The notes beneath the pieces are model-generated. The model saw only the letters and a program-made list of their open reading frames with translations, was not told the origin of the DNA and searched no databases. The position numbers were made by a program, and so were the translations under genes. Source: a virus (taxonomy: Duplodnaviria > Caudoviricetes). From it: a DNA stretch of 60,993 bases. The DNA lies in IMG/VR virus record IMGVR_UViG_3300033516_000069, positions 1 to 60,993 of that record, one strand, 5' to 3'. Positions 35,042 through 46,800 of the stretch are shown piece by piece (position 1 is the stretch's first letter; every line of letters begins with the position of its first letter).

Positions 35042-38000
35042 TTATAGATTCTTGAATTGATCGTATGTATCTTGTTCATCTATGTTATCCTCGACTGCAC
35101 CTTTTTTAAGATCCTCACTATAGAATATACTCCAGTCAACATGACCTACCCAGTTATTCATTTCACAATGGATGGTAAAGCCATTTTCTGTTTTATTATC
35201 CCACCAGACTTTAATGTTATCGTTTGGAGTCATCATGATACTATACATGTTGCGCGTAGCGAAAACTTCTGGAATTGGCTCATCAAATACAACATCAACG
35301 AAATTACTTGTACCTGTAAATATTGCAGTCCCTTGACGTTCGCAATTTACATTTTTGCCGATGTCAAACATGACGTACCCTAACATAGAATTAGCAAATG
35401 TGTTTTCACCGTTGCTAAAGAACGGACTGAAGTTACGCTTTGTATAGTTCTTGTTATACATGTCCTCTGGGTTTATAACAGATTTGTTCCACCTGAATGT
35501 CTTATCTGTAGTATTTAAGTACCACCATGTTGCGCTATCGTTTGGTGCGAGCGTATTGTCACCACTATTTATCGTACATCCACCGACTACAATTGCTTTA
35601 TCTGGTGTTCCTAGCGCGGTTTGTCCAATGAACCATTGCTTTAATGGAAGGCAATTTTTAGAGTCTAAGTTAGGTATGTCGCCGCCTAACCCAACACCGT
35701 CCTGATAGCGTCTCCAGTCTGTTTCTATGATTTTTAGACTATTCGGGTTTGGAAGGGACTCATGTGTGGATGTTCCATGCGTTGCGCCCGTATCGTGAAC
35801 ATAGTAATACTTATGTTCTATGGCATCTGTTGCTGCGGTGGTTTTATTCTTAAACTCTTGTATGAAATTTGTTCCCCACTCAGTGTAATAGAACATCGAT
35901 CCTGCTGTACCACAACCAGTCTTTTCTGGGATATAAACCATAAGTGGTCGTGTTTCGAATATACCGGCGTCTCTGTTGACTGTCTCAATACCTTTAACTA
36001 TAGTTTGAATAAATGGTAGAGCGGCATACCCCGTTGCTGGTACGGAACCAGAAGCGAACTGTGTTGGGAATATATATTCGTCATACGTTACCTTCGTAGG
36101 AACGTTTACTTCCCCATTTTGAATAATTCCATAATTATCAATACCAATTGATGATTTAATGGTTGCTAGGTACACCTTGTTATTCACAGGATCTATGCCG
36201 ATGCGATGAGCCTTGAAATCTGCAATCAAGTTCCCGTCCTGTGGTACTTGGTTGAATATAAGGGTGCCCCATCGCGTGACATTTGATTTAGCCGAAGTAA
36301 CCCATACGTTAAAATCTTTATTACCAAAAGGACCGGCAAACGGTGATTCCATATATGGAATTGCCCATTCTTCCTTTGTGTGTGACTCCCATAATGGTAA
36401 CCCACTTGTAGAAACTCCATTTGTAAAACATGCAAAAGACTTTGATGAGGCATCGTCAGCAATAACTTGTCCGGTGATGAACTCAATAATACATGGGTTT
36501 CCCCCGCTTGTACCTACGCATAACCCAACACACGGTGGTTCATATATGCAACAATAAACAGCAGGTTCTGGTGGAGATAGTGGGGATGGTGTCTCTTGTG
36601 GTGATGGTATACCCGTTGGTGCTAACGGGTTTATTTGATCTTCTACTGGTGCTGATAATACAGCGGGTGGGAAAACAACTATAGGAGGCGGATAATAGGT
36701 GACATCTTTACCGTAAGGTGCATCCGAGTTACTTTCGATCATTGTTATGAATACATCGAATAGTTTTTCCCCATGCTGTGTGTTAATCAACTCTATAAAA
36801 GCTTCCTGATGTCTGTAGTTGGTTCCGCTTCCGTAAGTTTTAATATTCTGTATGGTATCGTATATTGTTTTTCCAAGCGGCAAGCTATTGAGCATATCCA
36901 GTCGATCATTTGGGATATGACCTATATGATAAACATTTGTATGTGTGTCTAAGCTACTGGTAATAACTCTGTTTGTCGTATCGCCGTATGCGAACCAGAA
37001 GCCTGTTTTATCAACCACCTCAACATACATGGTTGGGTTATTCTTAAGATGTACCCAAGGAAACGCACCCTCTGCGCTAGTTTTAACAATGTTTTCATCT
37101 ATGATCGCCCGTATCGGGAGGGTTGTAACTGGTGGGAGTGGGTACGTTGACTTCCCGTAGTTTTGTGATATGTAGCCGTGGGATGATGGTGACGCGGAGA
37201 ACGCTCTTACTACCTTCCATGTAGCCGATGTGTCTGCCCATGTGTAGGATGAAATAAATTCCTTTACCATACCTTGGCTTGCGCCTGTTATTGGGTATGT
37301 TGAATCATTATATACGATATAAGATCCGTCTGTTTTTTGTTCGTACCTCTGGATTTGGTTTATGGCTAACTTCGAATCAGCTATGATCATTCCTTCGAAT
37401 GTTTCCCCTGGCATGTTCAGGAACCAGTTAGATGCGCTTCCTGGGTGCGAGTATGATATTGCGTTATTGATTGTTAGCTTGTATTCTGCCGATATCATAT
37501 CGATAAGGTTAGTTCTATTATCTCCATACATAACAGAAGGAACCTTATTATCAACAGTCTTTTTCCAATTCAAGTATGTCATGTCGTATTGTTCGTTGGC
37601 AACAATATCATCTGACTCATTTCGTGGGTTAATCGTCTTGGAATTCCATAGTTTTATTGTTCTTAGTACGCTATTATCATTTGCGTCAATTGTTTCATTT
37701 GTTGACATACCATCATTCAAATCGCGGTTTTTAACACTTGTACCAAACAATGTACCTATAATTGGGAACGTCGAGTCGATCCAATATTGTGGTTCTGATG
37801 CTTCTGGGAGAGTGTCGCCTTCGTCATATGTTATCTCATAGGACCATATTTCTTTGCCTTGTTTATCAAACTTAGAGATTTTAAAAACCTCTCTCCAGAA
37901 AGCACCATCTGTTGTACCTTCATTACCATCTGGCTTGATATACGTACCTGGAATTATAAAGTCAGCATACAAAGTTTCTGCCACTATGATAAACGTGTCA

Positions 38001-41000
38001 TATGCTGGGATCCCATTTTTTGAAACAGGTTCACGGACCCAATTCCAGGTAACATCACCTTTCCTGGCTCTTTTCGTAGCGTTTCCGTGGAGAAGATCAT
38101 TCCATGGGAACAAAGCAGCCTTGTCTCGTATGGAACTACTTCTGACTGCATTACTAACGGTGATTTTATTACCATCGTTTTCGGTAAAGAATGTCTTAAA
38201 ACCATCGTATGACACTGGGTGAAAATTCTTTCCCTGTGTATCGTTGGTCCAGTCTGTGAATTTTGTCAAGTCGTAAATAAAGACATTAGTAGATGGGTCA
38301 GTCTCTTCTGTGCGGAACTGTACATCAATAAACTTATGAAGCTCTGATACGTTTGTAACCGGATCTATTGCGACCATATCACTTAGAGGAGTGATAAACT
38401 TATTATAACTTGTTGTTACACGATGTGGGAATGTGTTAGCTGGAATTATTTTATCATCGACAATTAGGTTGAACCCAGAAATAATCGAACCTTGTGTGAA
38501 ATACCCGGTGAATCGTGAAGGCATATTCCACTTTTCAACGAAACTTAACTCGTTCTTTGGTATGTCATTTTGCCACACGAACTGTTCAAGACCTTCGATA
38601 TGATCTGTATCATAGTCAACAAACATGCTGAATAGCTCGGAACTTCCAGTTACGCCAAATACACTTGGTGTAAATGAGTGTGAGATATAATCATATACAA
38701 CATCCTGTTTAGATACGTCAGTTCCTGTAGGTGTAAGGAAGTTGTCTGGGTGGAAAAGATTTTCTCCAGGGGTTGGACGTGACCACAGCCACATTCCACC
38801 TTTAACAGTATGACCAGCGTAATCTGGCATCAAACCGTTTGTTATGTTATACCTTTCTGCAAAGACACCGGTTGGAACGAATACGGGGGATGGTGTACCA
38901 TCTGGGTTTCGTATATAGTTACCGTAGTACGTCTCGCGGGAGTCGTTTTCATTTTTAAGATCAAATTGACTTATTTGTTCATGGGATTCACCATAGGCTT
39001 TCATCTTGGTTAGACCAGAACGAATAACATTTGATTTCCAAGCTTCACCATCAAAATATGATGTTGTTTGAAGCGTCGAGTCATCAATTATCTTAGAAAT
39101 TTTTATAGTATGCTTGTTACCGATTACACCGTTCACTATACTTGGAGTAAAGCTTGTGTATATGCCAGATGTTGCTGTAGTCCCTAATAGTGGTTTAGAA
39201 GAGCTTGTGTAGTCACTAATGTCGCCAACTTGATACCAATTATTTGTACTATCGTCCAACCGTGTAGGAAATAATGAATAACGAATAGATCCGTCCAATC
39301 CAAATGTCCCATTTCTATGGTTTGACCCGCCGAACCTGCTAATAATGACTTCCCAATCTTCAAAAGTTTCAACCGTGTCGTAAATATGTGGTTGCTCCAT
39401 TGAACCATGTATACCGCCCCAGTAAATGGAATTTTCTATGTCACCTACGCCCGCGTGGTAATATACTTCTTCTGGAAGGTTGTCACGGCGAACCCATGTG
39501 ATCCCGTTATATTCATATGCAAGATTTAGAATTGGAGCTTCAAATTCATTAAATGTCACTGGATATATGTAAGCATTGAGTAACTCAGCAGGGCTTTTAC
39601 CAGTTTTTCCTCCGGTCGCAAGTCCCTTGGTAATAGTTCCTACATAACATACCCCATATGCGGGGACTGGGTAGTTTCTAGTAGGATCGGACATCCATAC
39701 ACCGGCTTGGTCACCAGCGGACATAGTTGCACCTGACGCGCTATACGTATACCGAGCCATGGTTCCCCATGACACAAATTCGAATGCGTTAGCAACATCG
39801 CTATCTGTGACATTAAATAAATCAAATGAGTTGTCGGTTCTTCCACCGAATACAAATCCATCAAACCTTGTTAGTGCATACCAACTAGTATCGTTACCTG
39901 GGTTTTGCACAGCAACCAGCTTATAGAAGTCCTCGTCCCTCATTAGGAAGTTGTCGTTTAATAAAGTATGTGGTTTAAATTCTTCCTTACTTGCAATGGG
40001 GGTCTTATTTTCATCTGTGATAGTGATTTGAACGTCAAGTTTACCAGCGGCACTGTGACGTGCGATGTTTGGTGATGACATTGTATATGGTGTGGCTGTA
40101 AACCAAGAAGTTCCATTCCATATGGTTGTATCATTTTCCACATAAAGTGTAGCCGATGATGGTATATCACCGCCACTAGGAAATCCTAATGTTGCACCAA
40201 ATCCGAATATGGCTTGTTTGTAGCCGCCGCCCATGATGCCTAATGACCTACCAACTGGTAATTCTGCACCAGGGACCATACACCACGAAGTTCCGTTCCA
40301 AGTTTCCGTCGAAGATACCTGACGGGCGCTTTCTTCTGGATTGTGAGCAAAACCTCCTGCGATGAGTCCTAATGTGGTATCACCGGCTCCAGCGGCAAAT
40401 GCGCGACTTTCGTTTAGAGTTCCTACTGTATATGTCTTTTCCCCGAATTCATCAATAAGGTTTTTGAACTGGTCGTAGTTAATACTCTTATTTGTTACTT
40501 TGCGCTGACCGGATAATGAGCATGTCTCGGAAATTAAACCAGTTGTCCAATGAATAGGATCTATAGTATTCTGAAGATCAGGTTTGTTGATTCTAGTATC
40601 TGCGTGTGGGTTAACGCGAACTTCGACGCCAATTTCATGTCTATAACAAACTGGGCAACCAGTATCTTCTTGATCTGGTTCATTTTTTAAGGTAAATATG
40701 ACACCATCGCATTTGTTAATATACTTCTTATCACATTTATTAACGTCAAGAGCCTTTACATTTGGAACTGTTACATCATATGGTCTAACCATATCATATT
40801 TCAAAGGACCAACATATGTGGATATGATGTTGGAACCTATTTGTCCGATAACGTTTGTCTGAACGTGAGATAAATCTATTTCTTGATCAGTATTTCTGTC
40901 AATAATACGAACGCCAAAGTCCGATAACTTGTTGAAGGAACCCAACGAGAACATGTCGTTCACGTAGTTAAGAACCATCATGATGATAACACGCTTAGCG

Positions 41001-41668
41001 TCTTGGAATGGCTTAGTCCTCACAGAAAATGATGCGCTATCATCGTAACCGAAGTTATTACCTAATGCTACGTGAATTAGTTGATCAATATTAATCCAAC
41101 CATCTACTTGATAATTCTGATCGCGGAGGAATCCTGCGTATGGTGGAAACACAGCCTCTTGAGCAGTTCCTTGGTACACCTTGGCTTGTTCGTTCTGTGA
41201 TAGCTGACGGGCACGTTCATCATTCATCAGTTTGTCAATTGAAAAGTAGCCGAAAGTATTTGCTATGTCCGTACAAAATTTAACGTTAGCGTACTTATAG
41301 TCACCGAATGTCATTTTCTGTATACGGAAGTCATATATAGAGCCGATGGTATTCAATTTGTCGAGTAACTGTACTACGTCAATGTCGGTTACGATATTAC
41401 TTAGATAAGCGGCTGTCTTAGTGTCTTGGAAGGAGATTTGTCCAAGGTCATCAACTGTGATTCCTTCTGGGAAGTCGGCAAGGTCTTTTATAGTCAAACT
41501 TTCAATTTTTGTGTCTGGTTGATCAAACTTATATGTGTTACGTGTGAATTCATCTGCGAAAGTTATCTGACCACTTGTGTTAAGTGTTATACTACCAAAA
41601 AGGTTCTTGTTAGTATCGTTAACGAATTGGATGGAGTTTGTTGCGATGAATTCTCTAGAATTTGACAT
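35042..41668 (-). CDS. giant (2208 aa) tail appendage/receptor-binding protein with Kelch-like repeats
   Basis: R..AGAG..GLIAGG..TETWNGTSW, WNGTSW, YEYNGITW repeats; C-terminal repeated beta domain. Confidence 0.85.
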   Translation of the reverse strand: MSNSREFIATNSIQFVNDTNKNLFGSITLNTSGQITFADEFTRNTYKFDQPDTKIESLTIKDLADFPEGITVDDLGQISFQDTKTAAYLSNIVTDIDVVQLLDKLNTIGSIYDFRIQKMTFGDYKYANVKFCTDIANTFGYFSIDKLMNDERARQLSQNEQAKVYQGTAQEAVFPPYAGFLRDQNYQVDGWINIDQLIHVALGNNFGYDDSASFSVRTKPFQDAKRVIIMMVLNYVNDMFSLGSFNKLSDFGVRIIDRNTDQEIDLSHVQTNVIGQIGSNIISTYVGPLKYDMVRPYDVTVPNVKALDVNKCDKKYINKCDGVIFTLKNEPDQEDTGCPVCYRHEIGVEVRVNPHADTRINKPDLQNTIDPIHWTTGLISETCSLSGQRKVTNKSINYDQFKNLIDEFGEKTYTVGTLNESRAFAAGAGDTTLGLIAGGFAHNPEESARQVSSTETWNGTSWCMVPGAELPVGRSLGIMGGGYKQAIFGFGATLGFPSGGDIPSSATLYVENDTTIWNGTSWFTATPYTMSSPNIARHSAAGKLDVQITITDENKTPIASKEEFKPHTLLNDNFLMRDEDFYKLVAVQNPGNDTSWYALTRFDGFVFGGRTDNSFDLFNVTDSDVANAFEFVSWGTMARYTYSASGATMSAGDQAGVWMSDPTRNYPVPAYGVCYVGTITKGLATGGKTGKSPAELLNAYIYPVTFNEFEAPILNLAYEYNGITWVRRDNLPEEVYYHAGVGDIENSIYWGGIHGSMEQPHIYDTVETFEDWEVIISRFGGSNHRNGTFGLDGSIRYSLFPTRLDDSTNNWYQVGDISDYTSSSKPLLGTTATSGIYTSFTPSIVNGVIGNKHTIKISKIIDDSTLQTTSYFDGEAWKSNVIRSGLTKMKAYGESHEQISQFDLKNENDSRETYYGNYIRNPDGTPSPVFVPTGVFAERYNITNGLMPDYAGHTVKGGMWLWSRPTPGENLFHPDNFLTPTGTDVSKQDVVYDYISHSFTPSVFGVTGSSELFSMFVDYDTDHIEGLEQFVWQNDIPKNELSFVEKWNMPSRFTGYFTQGSIISGFNLIVDDKIIPANTFPHRVTTSYNKFITPLSDMVAIDPVTNVSELHKFIDVQFRTEETDPSTNVFIYDLTKFTDWTNDTQGKNFHPVSYDGFKTFFTENDGNKITVSNAVRSSSIRDKAALFPWNDLLHGNATKRARKGDVTWNWVREPVSKNGIPAYDTFIIVAETLYADFIIPGTYIKPDGNEGTTDGAFWREVFKISKFDKQGKEIWSYEITYDEGDTLPEASEPQYWIDSTFPIIGTLFGTSVKNRDLNDGMSTNETIDANDNSVLRTIKLWNSKTINPRNESDDIVANEQYDMTYLNWKKTVDNKVPSVMYGDNRTNLIDMISAEYKLTINNAISYSHPGSASNWFLNMPGETFEGMIIADSKLAINQIQRYEQKTDGSYIVYNDSTYPITGASQGMVKEFISSYTWADTSATWKVVRAFSASPSSHGYISQNYGKSTYPLPPVTTLPIRAIIDENIVKTSAEGAFPWVHLKNNPTMYVEVVDKTGFWFAYGDTTNRVITSSLDTHTNVYHIGHIPNDRLDMLNSLPLGKTIYDTIQNIKTYGSGTNYRHQEAFIELINTQHGEKLFDVFITMIESNSDAPYGKDVTYYPPPIVVFPPAVLSAPVEDQINPLAPTGIPSPQETPSPLSPPEPAVYCCIYEPPCVGLCVGTSGGNPCIIEFITGQVIADDASSKSFACFTNGVSTSGLPLWESHTKEEWAIPYMESPFAGPFGNKDFNVWVTSAKSNVTRWGTLIFNQVPQDGNLIADFKAHRIGIDPVNNKVYLATIKSSIGIDNYGIIQNGEVNVPTKVTYDEYIFPTQFASGSVPATGYAALPFIQTIVKGIETVNRDAGIFETRPLMVYIPEKTGCGTAGSMFYYTEWGTNFIQEFKNKTTAATDAIEHKYYYVHDTGATHGTSTHESLPNPNSLKIIETDWRRYQDGVGLGGDIPNLDSKNCLPLKQWFIGQTALGTPDKAIVVGGCTINSGDNTLAPNDSATWWYLNTTDKTFRWNKSVINPEDMYNKNYTKRNFSPFFSNGENTFANSMLGYVMFDIGKNVNCERQGTAIFTGTSNFVDVVFDEPIPEVFATRNMYSIMMTPNDNIKVWWDNKTENGFTIHCEMNNWVGHVDWSIFYSEDLKKGAVEDNIDEQDTYDQFKNL

Positions 41669-41672
41669 TCAA

Positions 41673-43019
41673 TTAGCCCCCATAGGTTTGTTCATATGCG
41701 AATACCACATTGTATCCAGAAGTCTCGGGGTTTATGGACTTTGTTACGGGCATATAACCAACAGCATCAAGTGGCGAGAAGGTGTTGCCGATACTCCAGC
41801 TTAATTGATATCCGGTGATGGTTGGTGAATCTGAGAGAACTACTTTGAACGAATCTTGTTGTATATCACAAATTGAGTGGACAAAGAACACATTACTTGA
41901 TCCTGTTATTTCACCCACTGGGATGTTTGGTGCAACGATATTAGCCATTGGTTTTGACGTTGAGCCAGTACGTACCGTTCCGTGGTTTATCTGATAGACT
42001 CTTTGACCTGGGACGAGTGGTTCGTACCCTTGTGAGAGGTCCAGATAGTTAAAGTTATTGGTTGACGTAATATCAGCGACATTGACATCTACTACCGAGT
42101 TCATATCAAGAACCTCGCGTAAGAAATGGGTAAGTCCTTCGTAGGTAACAATATCAGATTTGTTTGCACCGGATATTACGAACGAACCTCCGTAAATTGT
42201 TGGAATATCTGATACCGTATGCCCACAAATGGTTGCTGCATTTATCTTAGACTCACCTTTAAAAAAATCATAGAACTCGTTAATGTCGATGTTCTGAATT
42301 TTATATGAGTCATGGGGAAGCGTTAATCCACAAACGAGTATTTTATCGATGTGCAAGAACCCAACAGGTTGAGTTCTATAAATCTTAATTTTAACAGTTG
42401 TTGTATTCAAGTCTACGTCGAATGGTACGTAGATGGATGTCATTTCTGGTGCGTTTCTACCTGCGTTGTAGTAATAAAAATTTTCAACTGCTCCTACATC
42501 GAAGAACTTCTGAATTATTTCAGTAGCGCCAATTATTTCTACGCCAATCTTCTCGGTAAGTGCATTTGAGACTGACCATGAAGCTGTTGAACTACTACCA
42601 GCAGCTTTTAAAGAGAAGAGAAGCTGTTGACCACGAAGGGATTCTGGAATATAGATTTCGCGCTCAATCCATGTTGGGTTTGTGTCGATATCGGTCCCAT
42701 CGGTTTCAATATACACCATTCGCTCACCGACTGAATCAAATATTATACGAGAGTCATTAACTACTTTAAATTCGTTGCGTGCAGCCCATACTTGACACTT
42801 CTTATATGTGTCAAACTTACCACCATTTGAGAGAAAGCGTTCGCCACTTAGCTTATAATCCCACAAGTTTCCAAAAAGGAGTGGGAGAAGGTGGCGGTTG
42901 CCGTTATTAAACGACAATACGTAATCTATGTTCTCTTTCAGTTCGGCTAGTGGTAAGTTAATGTTCTGATCGTTAACGCTCAGTGTGGGATTCAATAATG
43001 ATATGTTTTCGTTATACAT
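41673..43019 (-). CDS. putative baseplate/tail protein (possible carbohydrate-binding fold)
   Basis: LSNGGKF..W start of a beta-rich domain; in structural operon. Confidence 0.75.
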   Translation of the reverse strand: MYNENISLLNPTLSVNDQNINLPLAELKENIDYVLSFNNGNRHLLPLLFGNLWDYKLSGERFLSNGGKFDTYKKCQVWAARNEFKVVNDSRIIFDSVGERMVYIETDGTDIDTNPTWIEREIYIPESLRGQQLLFSLKAAGSSSTASWSVSNALTEKIGVEIIGATEIIQKFFDVGAVENFYYYNAGRNAPEMTSIYVPFDVDLNTTTVKIKIYRTQPVGFLHIDKILVCGLTLPHDSYKIQNIDINEFYDFFKGESKINAATICGHTVSDIPTIYGGSFVISGANKSDIVTYEGLTHFLREVLDMNSVVDVNVADITSTNNFNYLDLSQGYEPLVPGQRVYQINHGTVRTGSTSKPMANIVAPNIPVGEITGSSNVFFVHSICDIQQDSFKVVLSDSPTITGYQLSWSIGNTFSPLDAVGYMPVTKSINPETSGYNVVFAYEQTYGG

Positions 43020-43028
43020 CGTTGTTCC

Positions 43029-43868
43029 TTAGAGTTCGTCCCACCAGTTTAAACCTGTTTTTATAAACAGATAATTAATTATACACTTAATTGGATAACT
43101 TGTACCGATTTTTACTCTATCTGTACGCTTATCCAACCAATATGTATTTATACTAACGTTGGATGACAATACTACTGAATAGTCTGTACTGTTAGTAAAA
43201 TTCATAAGGTTATTGTTCGATATACCGTCCATAACCTTATTCGGTCTAATAATTAGTTCATTATTATACCAGCCATTTAGGTTACATGACGAGTCATACG
43301 TTCCTGGCGGCGGCGGAATTGCATCACCTGTACTATCTGATGGGAGAGGAAGAGTTGATGATGTGTTGGTTTCGATACCTGCTACGAAATTCGATCCATC
43401 CCACATAAAGACATCGTTGTATAGTGTGCGTTCACCAACAAATATAGATTTCGGCGTTCTTATACCAGTCTGTTGTCCAATTTTTTTGTGAACGGCGAGC
43501 CATGATACTTCAGAACCAAGACCAAATCCACCGCTAATAGTAAACTGATTCGTCTTTTTATCTGACCACAATAAATTGGTGCTGTTGTTTGTCAAAAAGA
43601 AAACATAGTATTCGTTGTTAACAAATGGCGATGCGAACTTAACAATTGTGGACTTTTTTTCTGTATTGAATGATATAACTCCCGATTTGATAAACTTTGA
43701 ATCGGTTTCCTTAACAAGAACCCAGTCATATGGCGTTTCAAGTCCATTAAATGATCCATTAATGTTAAATTGATCGCTTGGGAGTCGTGTATACCACGTG
43801 GAAACGTTTCTCCCCGGTGTTGCTACCACCCCACCATTTACTTTCTTAGAATTTACAAGTACACTCAT
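43029..43868 (-). CDS. structural protein with two copies of the repeated beta domain
   Basis: KSGVISF..VKF..Y.VF..N..W..K..FTI..VSWLA and a second copy. Confidence 0.78.
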   Translation of the reverse strand: MSVLVNSKKVNGGVVATPGRNVSTWYTRLPSDQFNINGSFNGLETPYDWVLVKETDSKFIKSGVISFNTEKKSTIVKFASPFVNNEYYVFFLTNNSTNLLWSDKKTNQFTISGGFGLGSEVSWLAVHKKIGQQTGIRTPKSIFVGERTLYNDVFMWDGSNFVAGIETNTSSTLPLPSDSTGDAIPPPPGTYDSSCNLNGWYNNELIIRPNKVMDGISNNNLMNFTNSTDYSVVLSSNVSINTYWLDKRTDRVKIGTSYPIKCIINYLFIKTGLNWWDEL

Positions 43869-46800
43869 TATGTCTCCTTTGGCATGTAATTATCTATTTC
43901 AAGACGATAGTTGAACTTGCTTCTGACCTTGTTAATGGTCATAAAGTCTGGTTTAAACTGACCGACAAATTCTCTCATGAAGCTTTCCCAAACTGGCATC
44001 TGGTCTGATGTTACCTGACGATCATCAAATGCGATATCAAACTTGTTGCTCTTATATACGTTAGTGAAACCATACATGTACTGGTAATCGATTTGGACTA
44101 GGTACTTCTCGTCGTTATGTTGCAAGAACAACATGTTCTCACCCGCATTGAACATCTTCTGGTCTGTAAAGCGATAACCGTATGTGGTGATGAATTTGTT
44201 CATGGTCCACACACCAAGAAGGTTTCTGAATGCGTTTGGGCGTTCTGTTGGTGTTAGCGAAGCGATACGCTGTGCGTTATAATACATGACTATGCGCTGA
44301 CCTGTGTAGCGTGGGATACGAACCCAAATAGTCAGCCTATCATTGGTAACATCGTATTCGTCTGCTGTCCACTCTAGAAGCCTAGTGTCGCCTATCATAG
44401 TAAAAGCGACATCAACAGTGTTTAAGTTAATTTTCTTAAAATCAAATGAAACCTGTTCGTTAACAAGGTTATCATATGTCCTTAAAGCCTCTGAATTATA
44501 GTTTGTATGGTTCCTGATACGGTAACCAGATCCGATTAAAACAACGGGAACTATAATTTCCTGATGAGTTATTGGCAGGTTATTGAAGTTTATGACACGT
44601 TTATTTTGAAATATCTGAAGTTCTTTAACAGTAGTTGATAAGTTTGGTGTGTCGTAAAGCTGGTGTGTCCACGCGATATTACTATGAATCTTAAACATCG
44701 CCTTAGCGTATTCATCTGCGTTATCAAGATAGTCTTTTAGTTCAAAGTATGATAACGATCCGCCGAATTTCTTACGTGGGTTATATTTAAGAATCAATGG
44801 ATCAAGTGAATTAAATACAAATGATGACCCGTGCTTTATATTTTCTCCATTTATGTATATTTGGTAGTTAACAAGAACCTTGCTACCACATCCATTTGGG
44901 TCAGAAACAGGAGTTGTTGTGGTGTTTACCGTAACAACATTCTCTTGACCAAGGTATATTTTAGTACCAAAGACATCTACATCGGTTCCGCCCGTTGTAT
45001 TGATAGATGTTACACCAAGTAACTCTGTTGTTGGGTTATATGTTACTTCTATGGTAGCATACTCGCTGTTTTTTACGTTAATAGAAAACAGGCTTATGTC
45101 ACCAGATATGGAAGTTGGGATTGTAAGAATTGGGTCAGATACCTGCGCCCCGCTGGAAACTAGGTCATGATCTACAGCATATACTATATGGTGGTGAGTT
45201 GCGTTGTTATCGTCGTATAGTCCTAATGTAGCAGCAGATGTAGCTATTGATGCAACTGGTAGCCTGAATGCGAATGTTGATGACCATTCTTTTAAGTTCT
45301 TCTGTGTGTCAAACCAGATAGATGCTTCTGCGTAGTGCTTTAGTTTGTTACCATGTGGGGAGCCAAGGTCGCAGTATTTAATGTTATTTCCAGATATGCC
45401 AATTAGGTTATATGTTGCTTTGGTGTGTGTCAAATCGAAGTTATCGATACCACCCCAATCGTCAATGACTAGTTGGGCTTCTTTTGTGCTACGTTCTGTT
45501 ATAGTGTTTATCGCAGCTATTGAAGGGGTTTTAAGTATCTGTGGGTCGATTTTATCAAGGAGAATATCTTTTTCCCATACCAAAGCTAATTCAGTAAAGT
45601 AGTTTTTACCAGCTATTACAAGATCGGGCGAAGCACTTGATGCCGTCTGATAGGAGTTTTCCGTATTGTACCCTATAGTAGAAAACAAGTCGTTCTGCAT
45701 CGAAACTGATGTCATGAAGAAGTCATCGCGTATCTTATGGTCCTGACCAGTCCAGTTGTTAGCAAGCACCTTATTATCGTAGCCAGCAGGCGACTCATCA
45801 AAGGTTTCTTTACGAAACATATTGAAGTCTAGAGATACTACGCCAGAGGTCCAGCGGTACTTATCGTGACCATAACTAGCGTTGTAATTTGGTAATGTTT
45901 CTGCCGATGTTGATACTGTTTTTCCATCATCATATTTGTTAAGCTGGTTGTAGAATATATAGAAGTAGCTACGATCTGGTAGTTTAGTTGAGAAAATATC
46001 TACAATGTATTTCTGGTCAAGGCTTCCAGAAACAATGCAAGAAAATACATCTTGAACAGCCTTAAGTGTGTTATCCGCGAAAGTTTCAAATCCCGTAATT
46101 GGTCCAGTGATTGGCGATGCGTTTACGTCAATAAACTTGTTATCATACGCATTGTTGTGTCGTTCAATGATCAGGTTGTGGAATTCATCATCAACCGTGT
46201 TATAGAATACATGCGTTTGATTTGGGTCTATATTTATTACCTTATGAATCTTACCAATACCTTCAATTTTAGGAATAAGTTCCTTAATGATAATGTCGCC
46301 CGATTCAAGGTTACCATGAAACACTCGGGACATCGATAACCTGGATACATCCTTAACAATCTTGATAGATAGCGAGCCAATCGTGACAATATAACAAACA
46401 TTAGCGTCTATGAGTAGCGGATTAGCAGCTATATCAACCTTGACCCATACCTTTAGCCACTGACCGACCGAAAGAGTCTGATTTATATTCAATGACGGAG
46501 TGAATGTACCAGCAGCTAGTAAGCCGCTGGGGTCATCCTCGTTATCAATGACAAGGGACTGCTTGCTATTTTTAGTGGTGAATATGCCTTCTGCCCATAA
46601 AGAAACTTGAATGTCACTGGATGGGGCTGAACTGGTACATTCAGTCACCGATGAAGTGACCGTACCAATAAACTCTTGAAGATTCTCCCTTTCATGTGGA
46701 CCTATGTATAATGCACGGTAATATGTTGTTCCTGTGGTGAAGTCAATATTTGTCACTGGTTTAAAAAACCATGACGAATCTGACGTAAGATCGGATGAGT

